64,000 nt of DNA. Source: Candidatus Latescibacterota bacterium (GTDB lineage: Bacteria; Latescibacterota; UBA2968; UBA8231). The notes beneath the pieces were generated by a model. It searched no databases and was not told the origin of the DNA. It saw nothing but the letters and a program-made list of their open reading frames with translations. How positions within the stretch are numbered: the first letter of the stretch is position 1; each line of letters starts with the position of its first letter. Made by a program: the position numbers and the translations under genes. This document shows, in pieces, positions 28,345 through 38,395 of this stretch. The stretch lies in the NCBI GenBank assembly GCA_965197905.1, contig CBDAOB010000004.1, positions 1,971,857 to 2,035,856 on the forward strand, written 5' to 3'.

Positions 28345-31300
28345 ATGAAGCTGTCTGAAATCGCGGTTACGCGGCCCGTTACCATGGTGATGATCGCCAT
28401 TTGTATGGTGGTGCTGGGCGTGGTCTCTTTGAGCCGGCTCCCCCTTGAGCAGTTACCGGCCATCTCCTCATCGGGAATCACGGTTTCGGCGGACTATCCC
28501 TCCTCTTCTCCCGAGGAGGTGGAGCGACTCATCGCCCGCCCGTTGGAAGAAACCCTTGCCACCATGGGCAATGTCGACCGTATCAATGCGACCTCCAGCC
28601 GCAACGGCGCCTCCGTCCGCGTCGATTTCGTCGCCGGCACCGACATGGATCTGGCGAATATGGAGATCCGCGAATACGTGGACCGTGCACGTGGTCTGCT
28701 GCCGGCGGATCTCGACCGCATCCGAATTCGGCGCTGGCAGAGTGACCAGCGTCCCATCCTCTATATCAGCATGGCCTGGCGCGGGGGTGGAGATCGACTG
28801 CTCGATATCGTGACCAAGGTCGTCGAACCGCGGTTGCTGAGAATCGATGGGGTCGCTAACGTCACCGTCAGAGGGGTGCAGGAAAAGCAACTGATCGTCG
28901 AACTGAACCAGAAGCAGCTCGAATCCCACGACGTGGCGCTTCCGGCCCTCGGTCGCCAACTACAGCGCAACAACATAAACGTCTCCATTGGAAGAATTCG
29001 CGATGGAGACCAGCGCTATCTGGCTAGGGCCCTGGGCGAGTTCACCCAGACGGATGAGATCGGCAAGCTGCCGGTTCGGGGCGGCGCCTTCCGGCTTGAG
29101 GATTTGGGCGAGGTGAAATACGACTATCCGGAGAAGAGGTCGTTCGATCGGCTGAATGGGGTGGATGCCGTTACGGTCCAGGTCTACAAATCGTCCGCCG
29201 CCAACGTCGTTCAGGTAGCCACCCAGGTGCGTACCACCCTCGCCAAGATCGGAGACCAATACGGGTCCGACCTGGATGTCGAGATCGTTCGCGACCGCGC
29301 CAAGAGCGTGATGGACGAGCTCAACAATCTCAAAGATGCCGCTTTTCTCGGTGCTTTTCTGGCCGTGGGGATCATCTATCTGTTTCTGCGCAACATCCGC
29401 AGTACGCTGGTGATCGGCATCGCCATCCCTACCGCAGCCCTCTGCGTGTTTACCGGCATGTACGTCGCACGGGAGTTCTTCGAATCGACGATCACGTTAA
29501 ACATGGTTTCGATGATGGGACTGATGCTCGCTGTGGGCATGCTCGTCGACCCGGCGGTTGTCTGCCTGGAGAGCATCTTTCGGCGCCGCCAGGAAGAAGG
29601 GCAGGACGCCCGGGCCGCGACCCTCACCGGAAGCAACGAGGTGGGCATGGCGGTGTTCGCTTCAGGGCTGACGACGATGTGCGTTTTTATCCCCTTCTTT
29701 TTCCTGTCCACCGGCCGCGTCTCCACTTGGATGCGCGACGCCGGAATGACCATTTGTCTGGCGATCGCCGTGTCCATGATCGTAGCCCTTACCCTGATTC
29801 CGCTGGCAACCTCGCGCCTTTTTCAGGACAAACTTGCGCGGCTGGATCCGTGGATCAAGAGAATTGTCGCGGGGGCGGCGCTGTGGTTTTTTGGGTGGAA
29901 ACTACAACAGGCCGGCTGGCAAGGCAGTCTGGAGTGGGCCAGTGCCTGGGTTCACCGTCTGGCCGGCACGTTTGCGGCTATCGATTGGGTTTCCGGGGTC
30001 GTCCTGGGGGTTTCGCTGTTGACCCTTGGAGGGCTTCTGCGCCGCATGCGGAAAAACGGCATGCGGCAATCCTATGTACGCCTGCTAGGTTGGACGTTGC
30101 GCCATCGACTGACGACGTTGATGGCGAGTATCGCACTGCTGGGTAGTGGTGTCTACCTCTATCTTCAGATCGAACAACGCGGGACCCCGTGGACGCCGGA
30201 AAGACGGGTCGATATCACGGTGGAAATCGACCGCAGCTACAGTTTGGAAGAAGTAGCGGAGTTGTTTTCCACCATCGAGTCGGTAATTCTGGCCAAGAAA
30301 TCGGAATTGGATATCGAATCCCTTTCCACCAATTTTCAGCAGCGGAGAGGAAGCATTACCGCCCGGCTCGTAGATGCGGACGCCGGACGGCTGACCTCCA
30401 TGGAGGCCGGACGTTCCATACACAAGCTGCTACCGCCGCAGGTTGGCGTGAACTACAAGATGGGCCGCCAGCGCTCTTGGGCCGGACCGCTTCTTGGGGT
30501 TGAGGTGCAGTTGCAGGGCCCCGATCCGCAAGTGCTGGAGGTGTTGGTCGAAGAGGTGGAAACGCGTCTTGAGCGTCTGGGTCCTGTGCAGGACGTGGAC
30601 AGCAGCTTGGAGGACGGGGATGAGGAGATTCTGGTGGAGATCGATCGCGAGCAGGCGTTGGAGTACGGCCACTCACCGCGGGAGGTGGCGACCACCATCG
30701 CCACCGCATTGGGAACCCGGAGAACAAGCAGCTTCAAGGCGCCCGAGCGCGAGATCGGCATCGTTCTGCAGTTGCGCGAGGAGGATCGCGCCGATCTGGC
30801 GAACCTGCAAAACAGCAGGGTGAGCAACTCCGGGGAAAATCCGGTGCAGCTGGCTAGCCTGGCGAGCTTCACAGCGCGTAAGGGACCCAAGGATCTCAAA
30901 CGGGAAGACCGACAACGAAACGTGACGGTTTTTGCCAACACCGAAAGCCGTCGTCAGGCCTTCCAGCTTATGGGCACCGGCAAGCGTCCGGGGCAGCTCA
31001 CTGTCGAGATGTCGAAGATGGAGTTGCCCTCCGGTTACTCCTGGGACCTGGGTCGTTCCGCCAGATGGGCGCAACAGGACTCGCAGGAGAACAACTTCAC
31101 GCTGCTATTCGCCTTGTTGCTCATCTATCTGATCATGGCGTCGCTGTTCGAATCGCTGATTCATCCGTTCACGATCATGCTGGCGATCCCGTTCTCTCTC
31201 ATTGGGGTCGCCCTGGGGTTGTATGCGTTCTCCATTCCCCTGGATAACAATGCCATTCTCGGACTCCTCATTCTTTTTGGCATCGTAGTCAACAACGGCA

Positions 31301-31623
31301 TCGTGCTCATCGACCACATCAACCAGTACCGCCGGCAGGGCATGGCTCGGTACGATGCCATTATCCGCGGCGGCCAAAACCGTATGCGTCCCATTTTGAT
31401 GACGGCTTTTACAACCATCCTCAACCTGATGCCGCTGGTGGTCCCCATGGTCTATGGCACCGCCGAGGGGTTCGCTCGCCGCTGGGGACCGGTCGGGTTG
31501 GTCGTCGTGTGCGGCTTGGCCAGCTCGACGGTGTTGACGTTGGTATTTGCGCCTACGCTGTATTCGCTCACCGACGACCTTGCTCTGTGGTTGCGTCGGG
31601 TGATTCGCACCGCACGCGCGTAA
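28345..31623 (+). CDS. Second RND efflux permease (AcrB family)
   Basis: GMLVDPAVV, SLFES, GIVVNNGIVLID and RMRPILMT. Confidence 0.93.
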   Translation: MKLSEIAVTRPVTMVMIAICMVVLGVVSLSRLPLEQLPAISSSGITVSADYPSSSPEEVERLIARPLEETLATMGNVDRINATSSRNGASVRVDFVAGTDMDLANMEIREYVDRARGLLPADLDRIRIRRWQSDQRPILYISMAWRGGGDRLLDIVTKVVEPRLLRIDGVANVTVRGVQEKQLIVELNQKQLESHDVALPALGRQLQRNNINVSIGRIRDGDQRYLARALGEFTQTDEIGKLPVRGGAFRLEDLGEVKYDYPEKRSFDRLNGVDAVTVQVYKSSAANVVQVATQVRTTLAKIGDQYGSDLDVEIVRDRAKSVMDELNNLKDAAFLGAFLAVGIIYLFLRNIRSTLVIGIAIPTAALCVFTGMYVAREFFESTITLNMVSMMGLMLAVGMLVDPAVVCLESIFRRRQEEGQDARAATLTGSNEVGMAVFASGLTTMCVFIPFFFLSTGRVSTWMRDAGMTICLAIAVSMIVALTLIPLATSRLFQDKLARLDPWIKRIVAGAALWFFGWKLQQAGWQGSLEWASAWVHRLAGTFAAIDWVSGVVLGVSLLTLGGLLRRMRKNGMRQSYVRLLGWTLRHRLTTLMASIALLGSGVYLYLQIEQRGTPWTPERRVDITVEIDRSYSLEEVAELFSTIESVILAKKSELDIESLSTNFQQRRGSITARLVDADAGRLTSMEAGRSIHKLLPPQVGVNYKMGRQRSWAGPLLGVEVQLQGPDPQVLEVLVEEVETRLERLGPVQDVDSSLEDGDEEILVEIDREQALEYGHSPREVATTIATALGTRRTSSFKAPEREIGIVLQLREEDRADLANLQNSRVSNSGENPVQLASLASFTARKGPKDLKREDRQRNVTVFANTESRRQAFQLMGTGKRPGQLTVEMSKMELPSGYSWDLGRSARWAQQDSQENNFTLLFALLLIYLIMASLFESLIHPFTIMLAIPFSLIGVALGLYAFSIPLDNNAILGLLILFGIVVNNGIVLIDHINQYRRQGMARYDAIIRGGQNRMRPILMTAFTTILNLMPLVVPMVYGTAEGFARRWGPVGLVVVCGLASSTVLTLVFAPTLYSLTDDLALWLRRVIRTARA

Positions 31624-31653
31624 ACCTCACCTTCAACCATCATCAGGGAAATT

Positions 31654-33012
31654 ATGCGATTAGAGCGTATCCTGGCCTTGGCTCTGTTGCTCTCGTCGGC
31701 AGCCTGGGCGAAAGTCTTAACGTTGGATGAATGTGTCGACCGAGCACTGCGTTTCAACGCCGACGTCCGCCTCGCGGAACATACCATGCAGAGGTCCGCG
31801 GCGGACGTGCGCGCCGCCCGCGCCGGTCTTCTCCCAAGCGTAAACGTTACAGCTCTCGGGTACACCCGTTCCCGTACCGGACCCTCCATCCGCACCCAGG
31901 AAAACCCTACCGGAGAGACCGATCCGACGACCGGCCAGCGCATTTTCGCCGAGGAGGAAACCCAGATCCCGGCCATAGATCGAAACTCCTATTCCTTCAG
32001 CACGACCCTCAACCAGACCATTTTCGATGGCAACCGTCGTTTGAATACGTGGCGCTCGGCCCGCCGCGAAGAAAAGGGTGCTGAGTGGAGTTTCAAGGGA
32101 CGCCAAGCGACGGTTGCCGCCGCCGCCAAACAGGCGTACTACCAGCTGCTGAAGGCGACTGAGTTGGTCCAGGTTCAGGAGCAGGCCATGCTACTCAGCG
32201 AAAAGCGATTGGAAGAAGCCCGCGCCCGTCACCAGGTAGGCTCAGGCACCCGGGTCGATGTGTTGCGGCTCCAAGTCGCCCAGGAAAACGCGCAGGTTCA
32301 ACTGTTGAATGCAGAGGAAAGCGTCGCCCTCGCACGGGCCGAGCTCAATCACATCATGGGCGAAGAGATTACCGCGAAAACCGAGATACAACCCATCGAT
32401 GCCACGGCTTGGAAGGAGATCGGAAACTCGGATGACGTGGCCTCCACGCTGGCCGACGTAGAACGAAAGAATCCATCGCTGTTGGCCGTGCAGGCCGGCC
32501 TCGCCGCCGCCGAGACCAGCCTCAAAGCCACTCGGGCGGCCCGCTATCCACAACTGAACGGCAGTGTCAACTACAGCCGCAACAACGAGGTTTTCGACCG
32601 CATCTACCAGGACTTGGATCAAAACTACCGGCTAAACCTGAGACTCACGGTTTCCTATGACATCTTCGATGGTGGGATAAAAAGCGCCAGCATCGACCGC
32701 TCTCGAGCTGCACTCGAATCGGCGCGGATCGAACTGGAAAAAGAGGAGCGCGAGCTGGCGTTGGCGGTGGAAACGGCCCGACTGGGCCATGTTCGGTTGT
32801 CCAAGGTGTTCCGCATCGCCGAACGTACCGTGGAGCTGGCGCAGCAGGATCTGCTCATGGCGGAGGAGCGCTACCGCGTCGGCAAGGGCCGTTTGCTGGA
32901 GGTCCTGGACGCCCAAGTGGGATTTATCGAAGCGAAAAACAATCTGGTCAGAAGCCGGTACGATCTCATGAACTCCCGCGCCGAGCTGCAACGTTTGCAA
33001 GGAACCTGGTAG
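31654..33012 (+). CDS. TolC-family outer membrane efflux protein
   Basis: Signal peptide, LTLDEC...AL, AYYQLL and RYRVGKGRLLEVLDAQ; follows the RND genes. Confidence 0.9.
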   Translation: MRLERILALALLLSSAAWAKVLTLDECVDRALRFNADVRLAEHTMQRSAADVRAARAGLLPSVNVTALGYTRSRTGPSIRTQENPTGETDPTTGQRIFAEEETQIPAIDRNSYSFSTTLNQTIFDGNRRLNTWRSARREEKGAEWSFKGRQATVAAAAKQAYYQLLKATELVQVQEQAMLLSEKRLEEARARHQVGSGTRVDVLRLQVAQENAQVQLLNAEESVALARAELNHIMGEEITAKTEIQPIDATAWKEIGNSDDVASTLADVERKNPSLLAVQAGLAAAETSLKATRAARYPQLNGSVNYSRNNEVFDRIYQDLDQNYRLNLRLTVSYDIFDGGIKSASIDRSRAALESARIELEKEERELALAVETARLGHVRLSKVFRIAERTVELAQQDLLMAEERYRVGKGRLLEVLDAQVGFIEAKNNLVRSRYDLMNSRAELQRLQGTW

Positions 33013-33037
33013 CCCGACAACCGCACTTATTGCGAGA

Positions 33038-33080
33038 CAAAACAAAGCGGGACGACCGCCTGGCGATCGTCCCGCTCTTC
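33038..33080 (-). terminator. Intrinsic terminator between convergent genes (possibly bidirectional)
   Basis: Stem AGCGGGACGA (33046-33055) / TCGTCCCGCT (33067-33076), followed by TTGTTTTG on the minus strand. Confidence 0.75.
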
Positions 33081-33113
33081 GCAGCTAACGGGGGGAGTCA
33101 GTTGCCAGCCGTT

Positions 33114-33905
33114 TTAGAATACGCCGTGGTCGACGAATCTAACGGTGATGGCTGCATCTGGCGAGCCGCTAACCAGTTTGAGGTTATACACCTCGGGTCC
33201 GACGAGAACCAGGGTGTGGAACGCATCTTTGCCCATCGAGGTATCGAATTCGACGGCGCCATCGCTTTCGCGGACGATCTCGAAAACGATGTCGCTGCCG
33301 CGGATCGCCTCGATATCGAAGCAGCCAGCCGCTCGGCCTTCGGGCAAGCTGATCGCCTGGGCATTGAAACCCTCGACGTTGCAGACGGTGCGGAAAATCA
33401 GATTGCCTTCGGTCTCGGCACAGGCCTCACCCTCGGCCTGGGGTCCCATCTCGTTGGTAACCAATTCGTCGGTGCACTCAGGCGGATGAGGTTTGCCTTC
33501 CAAACCTTCATCACCTTCGCTCACGCCCATGTGCTCACCTTCGGGCGGCGGTTCTCCTTCTGGGGGCGGTTCGCCTTCGGGCGGTTCGCCTTCCGGTGGG
33601 GGCTCGCCTTCTGGGGGCGGGGCCGGCATCCACACGTCGGCGACCCAGGCGCGCAGTTCGTCTAGGTTCAGCTCACCGTTGCCGTCGGCGTCCATCATAC
33701 CGAACATGATCTCGACGACCTGGGCCTTGGCTTCCTCTGGATCTTCGGACATCTCCACATCCTCCGGCTTCTCCGTTCCTTCCGGGGGCTGCAGAATGAG
33801 CTTCGGCGGACTATCCGGCGGCGGCTCGTGGTGGTCTGCCTGGGTGAGGACTGGAAAAGCAGCCATCAATCCCAAGCATACGATTAAGGTCAGTCTCCTG
33901 ATCAT
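33114..33905 (-). CDS. Secreted acidic protein with an EF-hand, Pro-Glu-Gly-Glu repeats and a Cys-containing C-terminal domain
   Basis: Signal peptide, canonical EF loop DADGNGELNLDE and RBS GAGAGGAG. Confidence 0.8.
   Translation of the reverse strand: MIRRLTLIVCLGLMAAFPVLTQADHHEPPPDSPPKLILQPPEGTEKPEDVEMSEDPEEAKAQVVEIMFGMMDADGNGELNLDELRAWVADVWMPAPPPEGEPPPEGEPPEGEPPPEGEPPPEGEHMGVSEGDEGLEGKPHPPECTDELVTNEMGPQAEGEACAETEGNLIFRTVCNVEGFNAQAISLPEGRAAGCFDIEAIRGSDIVFEIVRESDGAVEFDTSMGKDAFHTLVLVGPEVYNLKLVSGSPDAAITVRFVDHGVF
33534..33621 (-). repeat. Coding tandem repeat (PPPEGE) x5, imperfect
   Basis: PPPEGEPPPEGEPPEGEPPPEGEPPPEGE, with 15-18 nt units. Confidence 0.85.
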
Positions 33906-34091
33906 CTCAGTACTCCTCTCGATTGGGGGTGAATAAATCAGGCAAGGTTGTTTTCAAATCTCGTAACGGTTTTCAATACGGTTTAAAAAACCCTCCTTTC
34001 GACCGACATCAGATTGTGACCTGCTGGTTGGGTCGACAGGTACAATCTACAACACCGGCCCTCACGCGGCCGTGAGGAATATCACCGTCAA

Positions 34092-34111
34092 ATTGTGAGG
34101 GCCGTCACAAT
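34092..34111. promoter_or_regulatory. CRP/FNR-family-like operator
   Basis: ATTGTGA-GGGCCG-TCACAAT, which is TGTGA-N6-TCACA with extended palindromic flanks. Confidence 0.6.
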
Positions 34112-34216
34112 AGAAGGCCATCAAAGTACAAAACTTTGAGGGGGGCAACAACTCGAAAGTGATATCGACGCCTCTCTGGAGCAGCCGCATTCTCTCGCTC
34201 TCCGTTCCGTAACACA

Positions 34217-34245
34217 TTGAAAAACATATCCTTAGGGGATATCAT
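34217..34245 (+). promoter_or_regulatory. Sigma70-type promoter candidate for aroC
   Basis: TTGAAA-17 nt-TATCAT. Confidence 0.55.
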
Positions 34246-34308
34246 TCGCTACCCCCAGATTGCCGGTCTCACGGCAAAACAGTAGATTTACTCAACTTCG
34301 AGGTTTAT

Positions 34309-35568
34309 ATGGAAATCTTGGGTGGACCGGTTTTTGGTGTTGCAGGTGCTGGCGAATCGCACGGCCCGGCTATTACTACGATCGTCTTCGGGTGTCCTCC
34401 GGGGCTTCGGTTGGACCGGGCTAGCATTCAATCGTATCTGAACCGGCGGCGCCCGGGAAGCAACAAGCTGGGAACTCCCCGCCGGGAAACAGACGAGGTG
34501 GTCTTACTGTCCGGCCTCTTCTCCGAGGGCAGCGAGACCCTGTTCTCTGGACCGCAACTGTCTGTAAAAAGTGAACTTGGAGATTCCTCGACCGTTTCTT
34601 ACGAGAGTGGGCATACCACGGGAGAGCCGATCGCGGCGGTCGTCCTATCCGCGGCCAAACGATCGGCGGATTACGAGCAGCTCGCCGGTCCGGAAGGGGA
34701 GGTGCGTCCGGGCCACACCGATCTGGTCAAACACTTTAAGTCGAGGGGGTTCGACGATTTTCGCGGTGGAGGTCGATCCAGTTTTCGCTCGACCATTTCC
34801 GACGTGATCGGTGGTTCAGTGGCTCGCATCTACTTGGAGGAGCGCTTGGGAACGGTCATCTTCTCCTCCATCTGCCAGGTAGGCGAACTTCGCGCCGAGA
34901 AACGGCTTTCCGAGCATTGTGAAGAGCTTACCGCAGCCTCGCGACCCATCCAACCTCAACAGCTGGCGGACATTCGGGTGCGTCTCGAAGCGTCGGAGGA
35001 GATCCAAACGTGGGACGCCGATTTTGCCGTCGCCGCTAGCGATCTGATTCGTTCGGTCCGCAGGGACGGCGATTCGCTCGGAGCAGCCGTAGAGATCGTG
35101 GCGGTAAATGTGCCCGCGCTCGTCGGCGAGCCTCTCTATCAAAGCTTGAAGCTGCGGCTCATGGGTGCGCTGGGAGGACTGCACGCGGTGCAGTCCTGCG
35201 AGGTCGGTTCGGGAAGTGAAGTCATAGCGCGAAAGGGTAGCGCCAACAATGACCCGATTCGCGCCTTAGGGTATACCAGCAACCATCATGGGGGCATGTT
35301 GGGTGGCATTACGACCGGCATGCCCATCGTTTGCCGCGTCGGGTTCAAACCAACCTCATCGATCAAACTACCGCAGGAGTCGGTGCGCAAGAATTTAGAT
35401 GAGATCGAGTTTAGGTTGAAAAAGGGACGTCACGATCCTTGCGTAGGCGTACGCGCCGGTGTGACTCTGGAATCGCGACTCGCCATCGAGCTCATGAACG
35501 CGGTTTTGATGCACCAAACCAAGGACCTCGACCCCCGGGACTACCAACTGTTTCCAGATCCTTCCTAG
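34309..35568 (+). CDS. aroC: Chorismate synthase
   Basis: GESHG, RRRPG, RPGHTD, GGGRSS, GGMLGGITTG, KPTSSI and GRHDPC. Confidence 0.93.
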   Translation: MEILGGPVFGVAGAGESHGPAITTIVFGCPPGLRLDRASIQSYLNRRRPGSNKLGTPRRETDEVVLLSGLFSEGSETLFSGPQLSVKSELGDSSTVSYESGHTTGEPIAAVVLSAAKRSADYEQLAGPEGEVRPGHTDLVKHFKSRGFDDFRGGGRSSFRSTISDVIGGSVARIYLEERLGTVIFSSICQVGELRAEKRLSEHCEELTAASRPIQPQQLADIRVRLEASEEIQTWDADFAVAASDLIRSVRRDGDSLGAAVEIVAVNVPALVGEPLYQSLKLRLMGALGGLHAVQSCEVGSGSEVIARKGSANNDPIRALGYTSNHHGGMLGGITTGMPIVCRVGFKPTSSIKLPQESVRKNLDEIEFRLKKGRHDPCVGVRAGVTLESRLAIELMNAVLMHQTKDLDPRDYQLFPDPS

Positions 35569-35677
35569 GCCCTGACACCTTACTTTCGACCGCAGCCCGC
35601 GGCGGGTTGCATGTTTACCCTCCAGAGCTGGGCAAGCAAAGAGAAGCCGAGTGGCTAACGAGCTGTCTGGACGAACG

Positions 35678-38377
35678 ATGAAACAATCCTTCGACTTCGA
35701 CGAAATCGGCAGATTGCCCGAGGTTGGCGACAACGTTGCCATCGCCACCCAGGCCCTCGAGCCGGGCACCACGATCTGCCACGACGACGCAAGCTTTGAG
35801 CTCGAAAGCCATGTCATGGAAGGGCACCGTTTTGCTACCGCCCCGATCGCAGAAGGTGACTACCTGCTCTCATGGCAACTGCCCTTCGGTCGAGCGCTGC
35901 GGCGCATCAAGGCGGGCGAGTACGTGTGCAACCGCGAGATTCTGGATGCGCTCAGTGTCCGCCGGTTGGACGTTGCCCTTCCCACGGAGCCGAACTTCGA
36001 AGATTGGCACAGCGAATACGCCTTGGACCCCGCCAGCGTTCAACTGGGGCATCAGGTGTCCTCGGCCAAGGATGTGGGGTCCTTCCAGGGTATCGTCCGC
36101 CCGGGAAACAGAGGGGTAGGGACCAGAAATTATATAGTGGTTCTAGGAACGAGCTCGCGTACGTCCGGGTTCGCCCAGCTCTTGGCCGGACGACTGCAGC
36201 AGGATGTTGAATCGTGCAAACACATTGATGGCGTCGTCCCGATCGCCCACACCGAGGGAGGGGGCGAGGCAACGCCGAACAACCTCCAGCTGGTTTTGCG
36301 CACCATGGCAGGATTAATGGTGCACCCAAACGTCGGTGCGGTGCTGGCGGTGGACAGCGGCTCCGAGGCGATCAACAACCAGCTGTTGGCGCATTTCATG
36401 GAAACCGAGAACTACCCCCTGAGGCAGGTTCCGCATCGGTTCATGTCGTTGGATCGGACCTTCGACGAAGCGTTGGCCGCCGGTGTAGAATGCCTGCGGT
36501 CATGGATCGAGCCGGTGGACGCCCTGCACCGGTCTGAACAGTCTCTCTCCAAACTCAAGCTCGCGCTCCAATGCGGTGGGTCGGACGCTTTCTCGGGGAT
36601 CTCGGGCAATCCGTTGGCCGCTTGGATTGCCATGGAAGTTATCCGCGGCGGCGGGAGCGCAAACCTCGCCGAGACCGACGAGCTGATCGGCGCGGAGCCG
36701 TACGTCCTGCAAAACGTACGCGACGTGGAGACCGCCGAGCGCTTCCTGGCCATGATCAAACGTTTCAAGACATGGTCCGCCTGGCATGGAAATTCGGCTG
36801 ACTCGAATCCATCTGGTGGCAACAAGCTGCGCGGCATTTACAACATTGTGCTCAAATCGATCGGTGCGGCGCGGAAGCGGCATCCGTCGGTACGTCTCGA
36901 CTACGCCATCAATTACGGTGAATTGATGCAGCGGCCGGGGTACTATTTCATGGACAGTCCCGGCAACGATCTGGAAAGCATAGCAGGGCAGGTAGCGGGG
37001 GGTTGTAATCTGATCTTCTTCGTAACGGGAAATGGATCGATCACCAATTTTCCGATCGTTCCAACGATCAAGATCGTCACGACCACCAAGCGCCATGCTA
37101 TGTTATCCAAGGAGATGGATGTCAACGCCGGAGCGTTCTTGGATGGAACGCCAATGGAGGAATTGGGACGGCAAACCCTCGACCTGTCCGTGGCAGTAGC
37201 GTCGGGTCAACGAACTTCCGGCGAAGCTGCAGGGCATGCCCAGGTGCAGCTGTGGCGCAATTGGCAGCAAAACGATGGGACACAGCTGAACGAGCTCCTG
37301 AACCCGAGGTTACCGCCCGGGCAAGCGATCCCCATTCGAAACTACGGCTCCGCGCTAGCGCTCAAGATAGAAGCGTTGCGAACTCCACGTGGGCCTGCCC
37401 TCGATCGGATCGGTCTGGTCTTGCCCACCAGCCTGTGTTCGAGTCAGATAGCCCGCATGACGGCAGAGGCCCTAAACACCAAGGGCATCGGACGAGAGCA
37501 GGGGATCTCGCGTTTCGTCGCCCTGGTGCATACCGAAGGGTGCGGCGTCTCCAGCGGTTATGCAGAGGATCTCCAATTGCGCACGCTGGTGGGGTATCTG
37601 ACCCATCCCCTGGTGCACCGAGCATTTCTGATCGAGCACGGCTGTGAAAAAACCCACAACGACTACCTCCGCATCGAGCTCGAAAAGCTCGGAAAAGACC
37701 CAGGGGACTTCGGCTGGGCAAGCATCCAGTTGGATGGAGGGATAGAGGCGGTGTTGGGAAAGGTTGAAGATTGGTTTGCTGCGGAACTTGCCGCCGAGCC
37801 GGCGGCGGAGGTGGTTGAAGCAGGACTGGAAAGCTTGAGCGTCGGCCTCCTAGGGGCCGGCAAGGTGTCCGGCGAGGCTGCCACAGCTTTGCGGCAGGTG
37901 GCCGCCAACATCGTCTCAGAAGGCGGTACCGTAATCGTTCCGGAGAACGCACCTTTTGCCTTCGTGGAGCCGTTTTCAGCGCTCTACGAGGGAGCGCAGC
38001 CACTGGCCTCGCTGGGTTACGGCATGCCGCCGCTACAGCCGGGATTCCATCTCATGGAGACGCCCACCGAGCACTGGGTGGAAACCCTCACCGGCTTGGG
38101 TGCCGCTGGAGTAGGAACTATAGTGGCCTACATCGGCGACCAGGCCGAACAGGGACATCCGCTCGTTCCGCTTCTGCGCGTTTCCGCGGAGGCGGCCCCC
38201 GCTCGTCATTTCGAAGCAGATCTCGATCTCGTGCTCGGGCAGGACGTCGATTCCTGGGGTGATGCGCTGCTGCGTCTTCTTGCCGATACAGCTTCACGCC
38301 GGTACCAGCCTCGGGTGCTCGCCCAACGGAACACCGACTTTCAACTTACGCGAGGTCTGCTGGGCACCTCGGCTTAG
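35678..38377 (+). CDS. UxaA/GarD-family sugar-acid dehydratase, extended by an internal duplication
   Basis: SAF-like N-terminus (DNVAIA), GVGTRNY, LQCGGSDAFSGISGNP, NPSGGNK and FVTGNGS, then a second partial copy with HTEGCG and HGCEK. Confidence 0.88.
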   Translation: MKQSFDFDEIGRLPEVGDNVAIATQALEPGTTICHDDASFELESHVMEGHRFATAPIAEGDYLLSWQLPFGRALRRIKAGEYVCNREILDALSVRRLDVALPTEPNFEDWHSEYALDPASVQLGHQVSSAKDVGSFQGIVRPGNRGVGTRNYIVVLGTSSRTSGFAQLLAGRLQQDVESCKHIDGVVPIAHTEGGGEATPNNLQLVLRTMAGLMVHPNVGAVLAVDSGSEAINNQLLAHFMETENYPLRQVPHRFMSLDRTFDEALAAGVECLRSWIEPVDALHRSEQSLSKLKLALQCGGSDAFSGISGNPLAAWIAMEVIRGGGSANLAETDELIGAEPYVLQNVRDVETAERFLAMIKRFKTWSAWHGNSADSNPSGGNKLRGIYNIVLKSIGAARKRHPSVRLDYAINYGELMQRPGYYFMDSPGNDLESIAGQVAGGCNLIFFVTGNGSITNFPIVPTIKIVTTTKRHAMLSKEMDVNAGAFLDGTPMEELGRQTLDLSVAVASGQRTSGEAAGHAQVQLWRNWQQNDGTQLNELLNPRLPPGQAIPIRNYGSALALKIEALRTPRGPALDRIGLVLPTSLCSSQIARMTAEALNTKGIGREQGISRFVALVHTEGCGVSSGYAEDLQLRTLVGYLTHPLVHRAFLIEHGCEKTHNDYLRIELEKLGKDPGDFGWASIQLDGGIEAVLGKVEDWFAAELAAEPAAEVVEAGLESLSVGLLGAGKVSGEAATALRQVAANIVSEGGTVIVPENAPFAFVEPFSALYEGAQPLASLGYGMPPLQPGFHLMETPTEHWVETLTGLGAAGVGTIVAYIGDQAEQGHPLVPLLRVSAEAAPARHFEADLDLVLGQDVDSWGDALLRLLADTASRRYQPRVLAQRNTDFQLTRGLLGTSA

Positions 38378-38395
38378 GCGCCGCCAGCCTTATCG

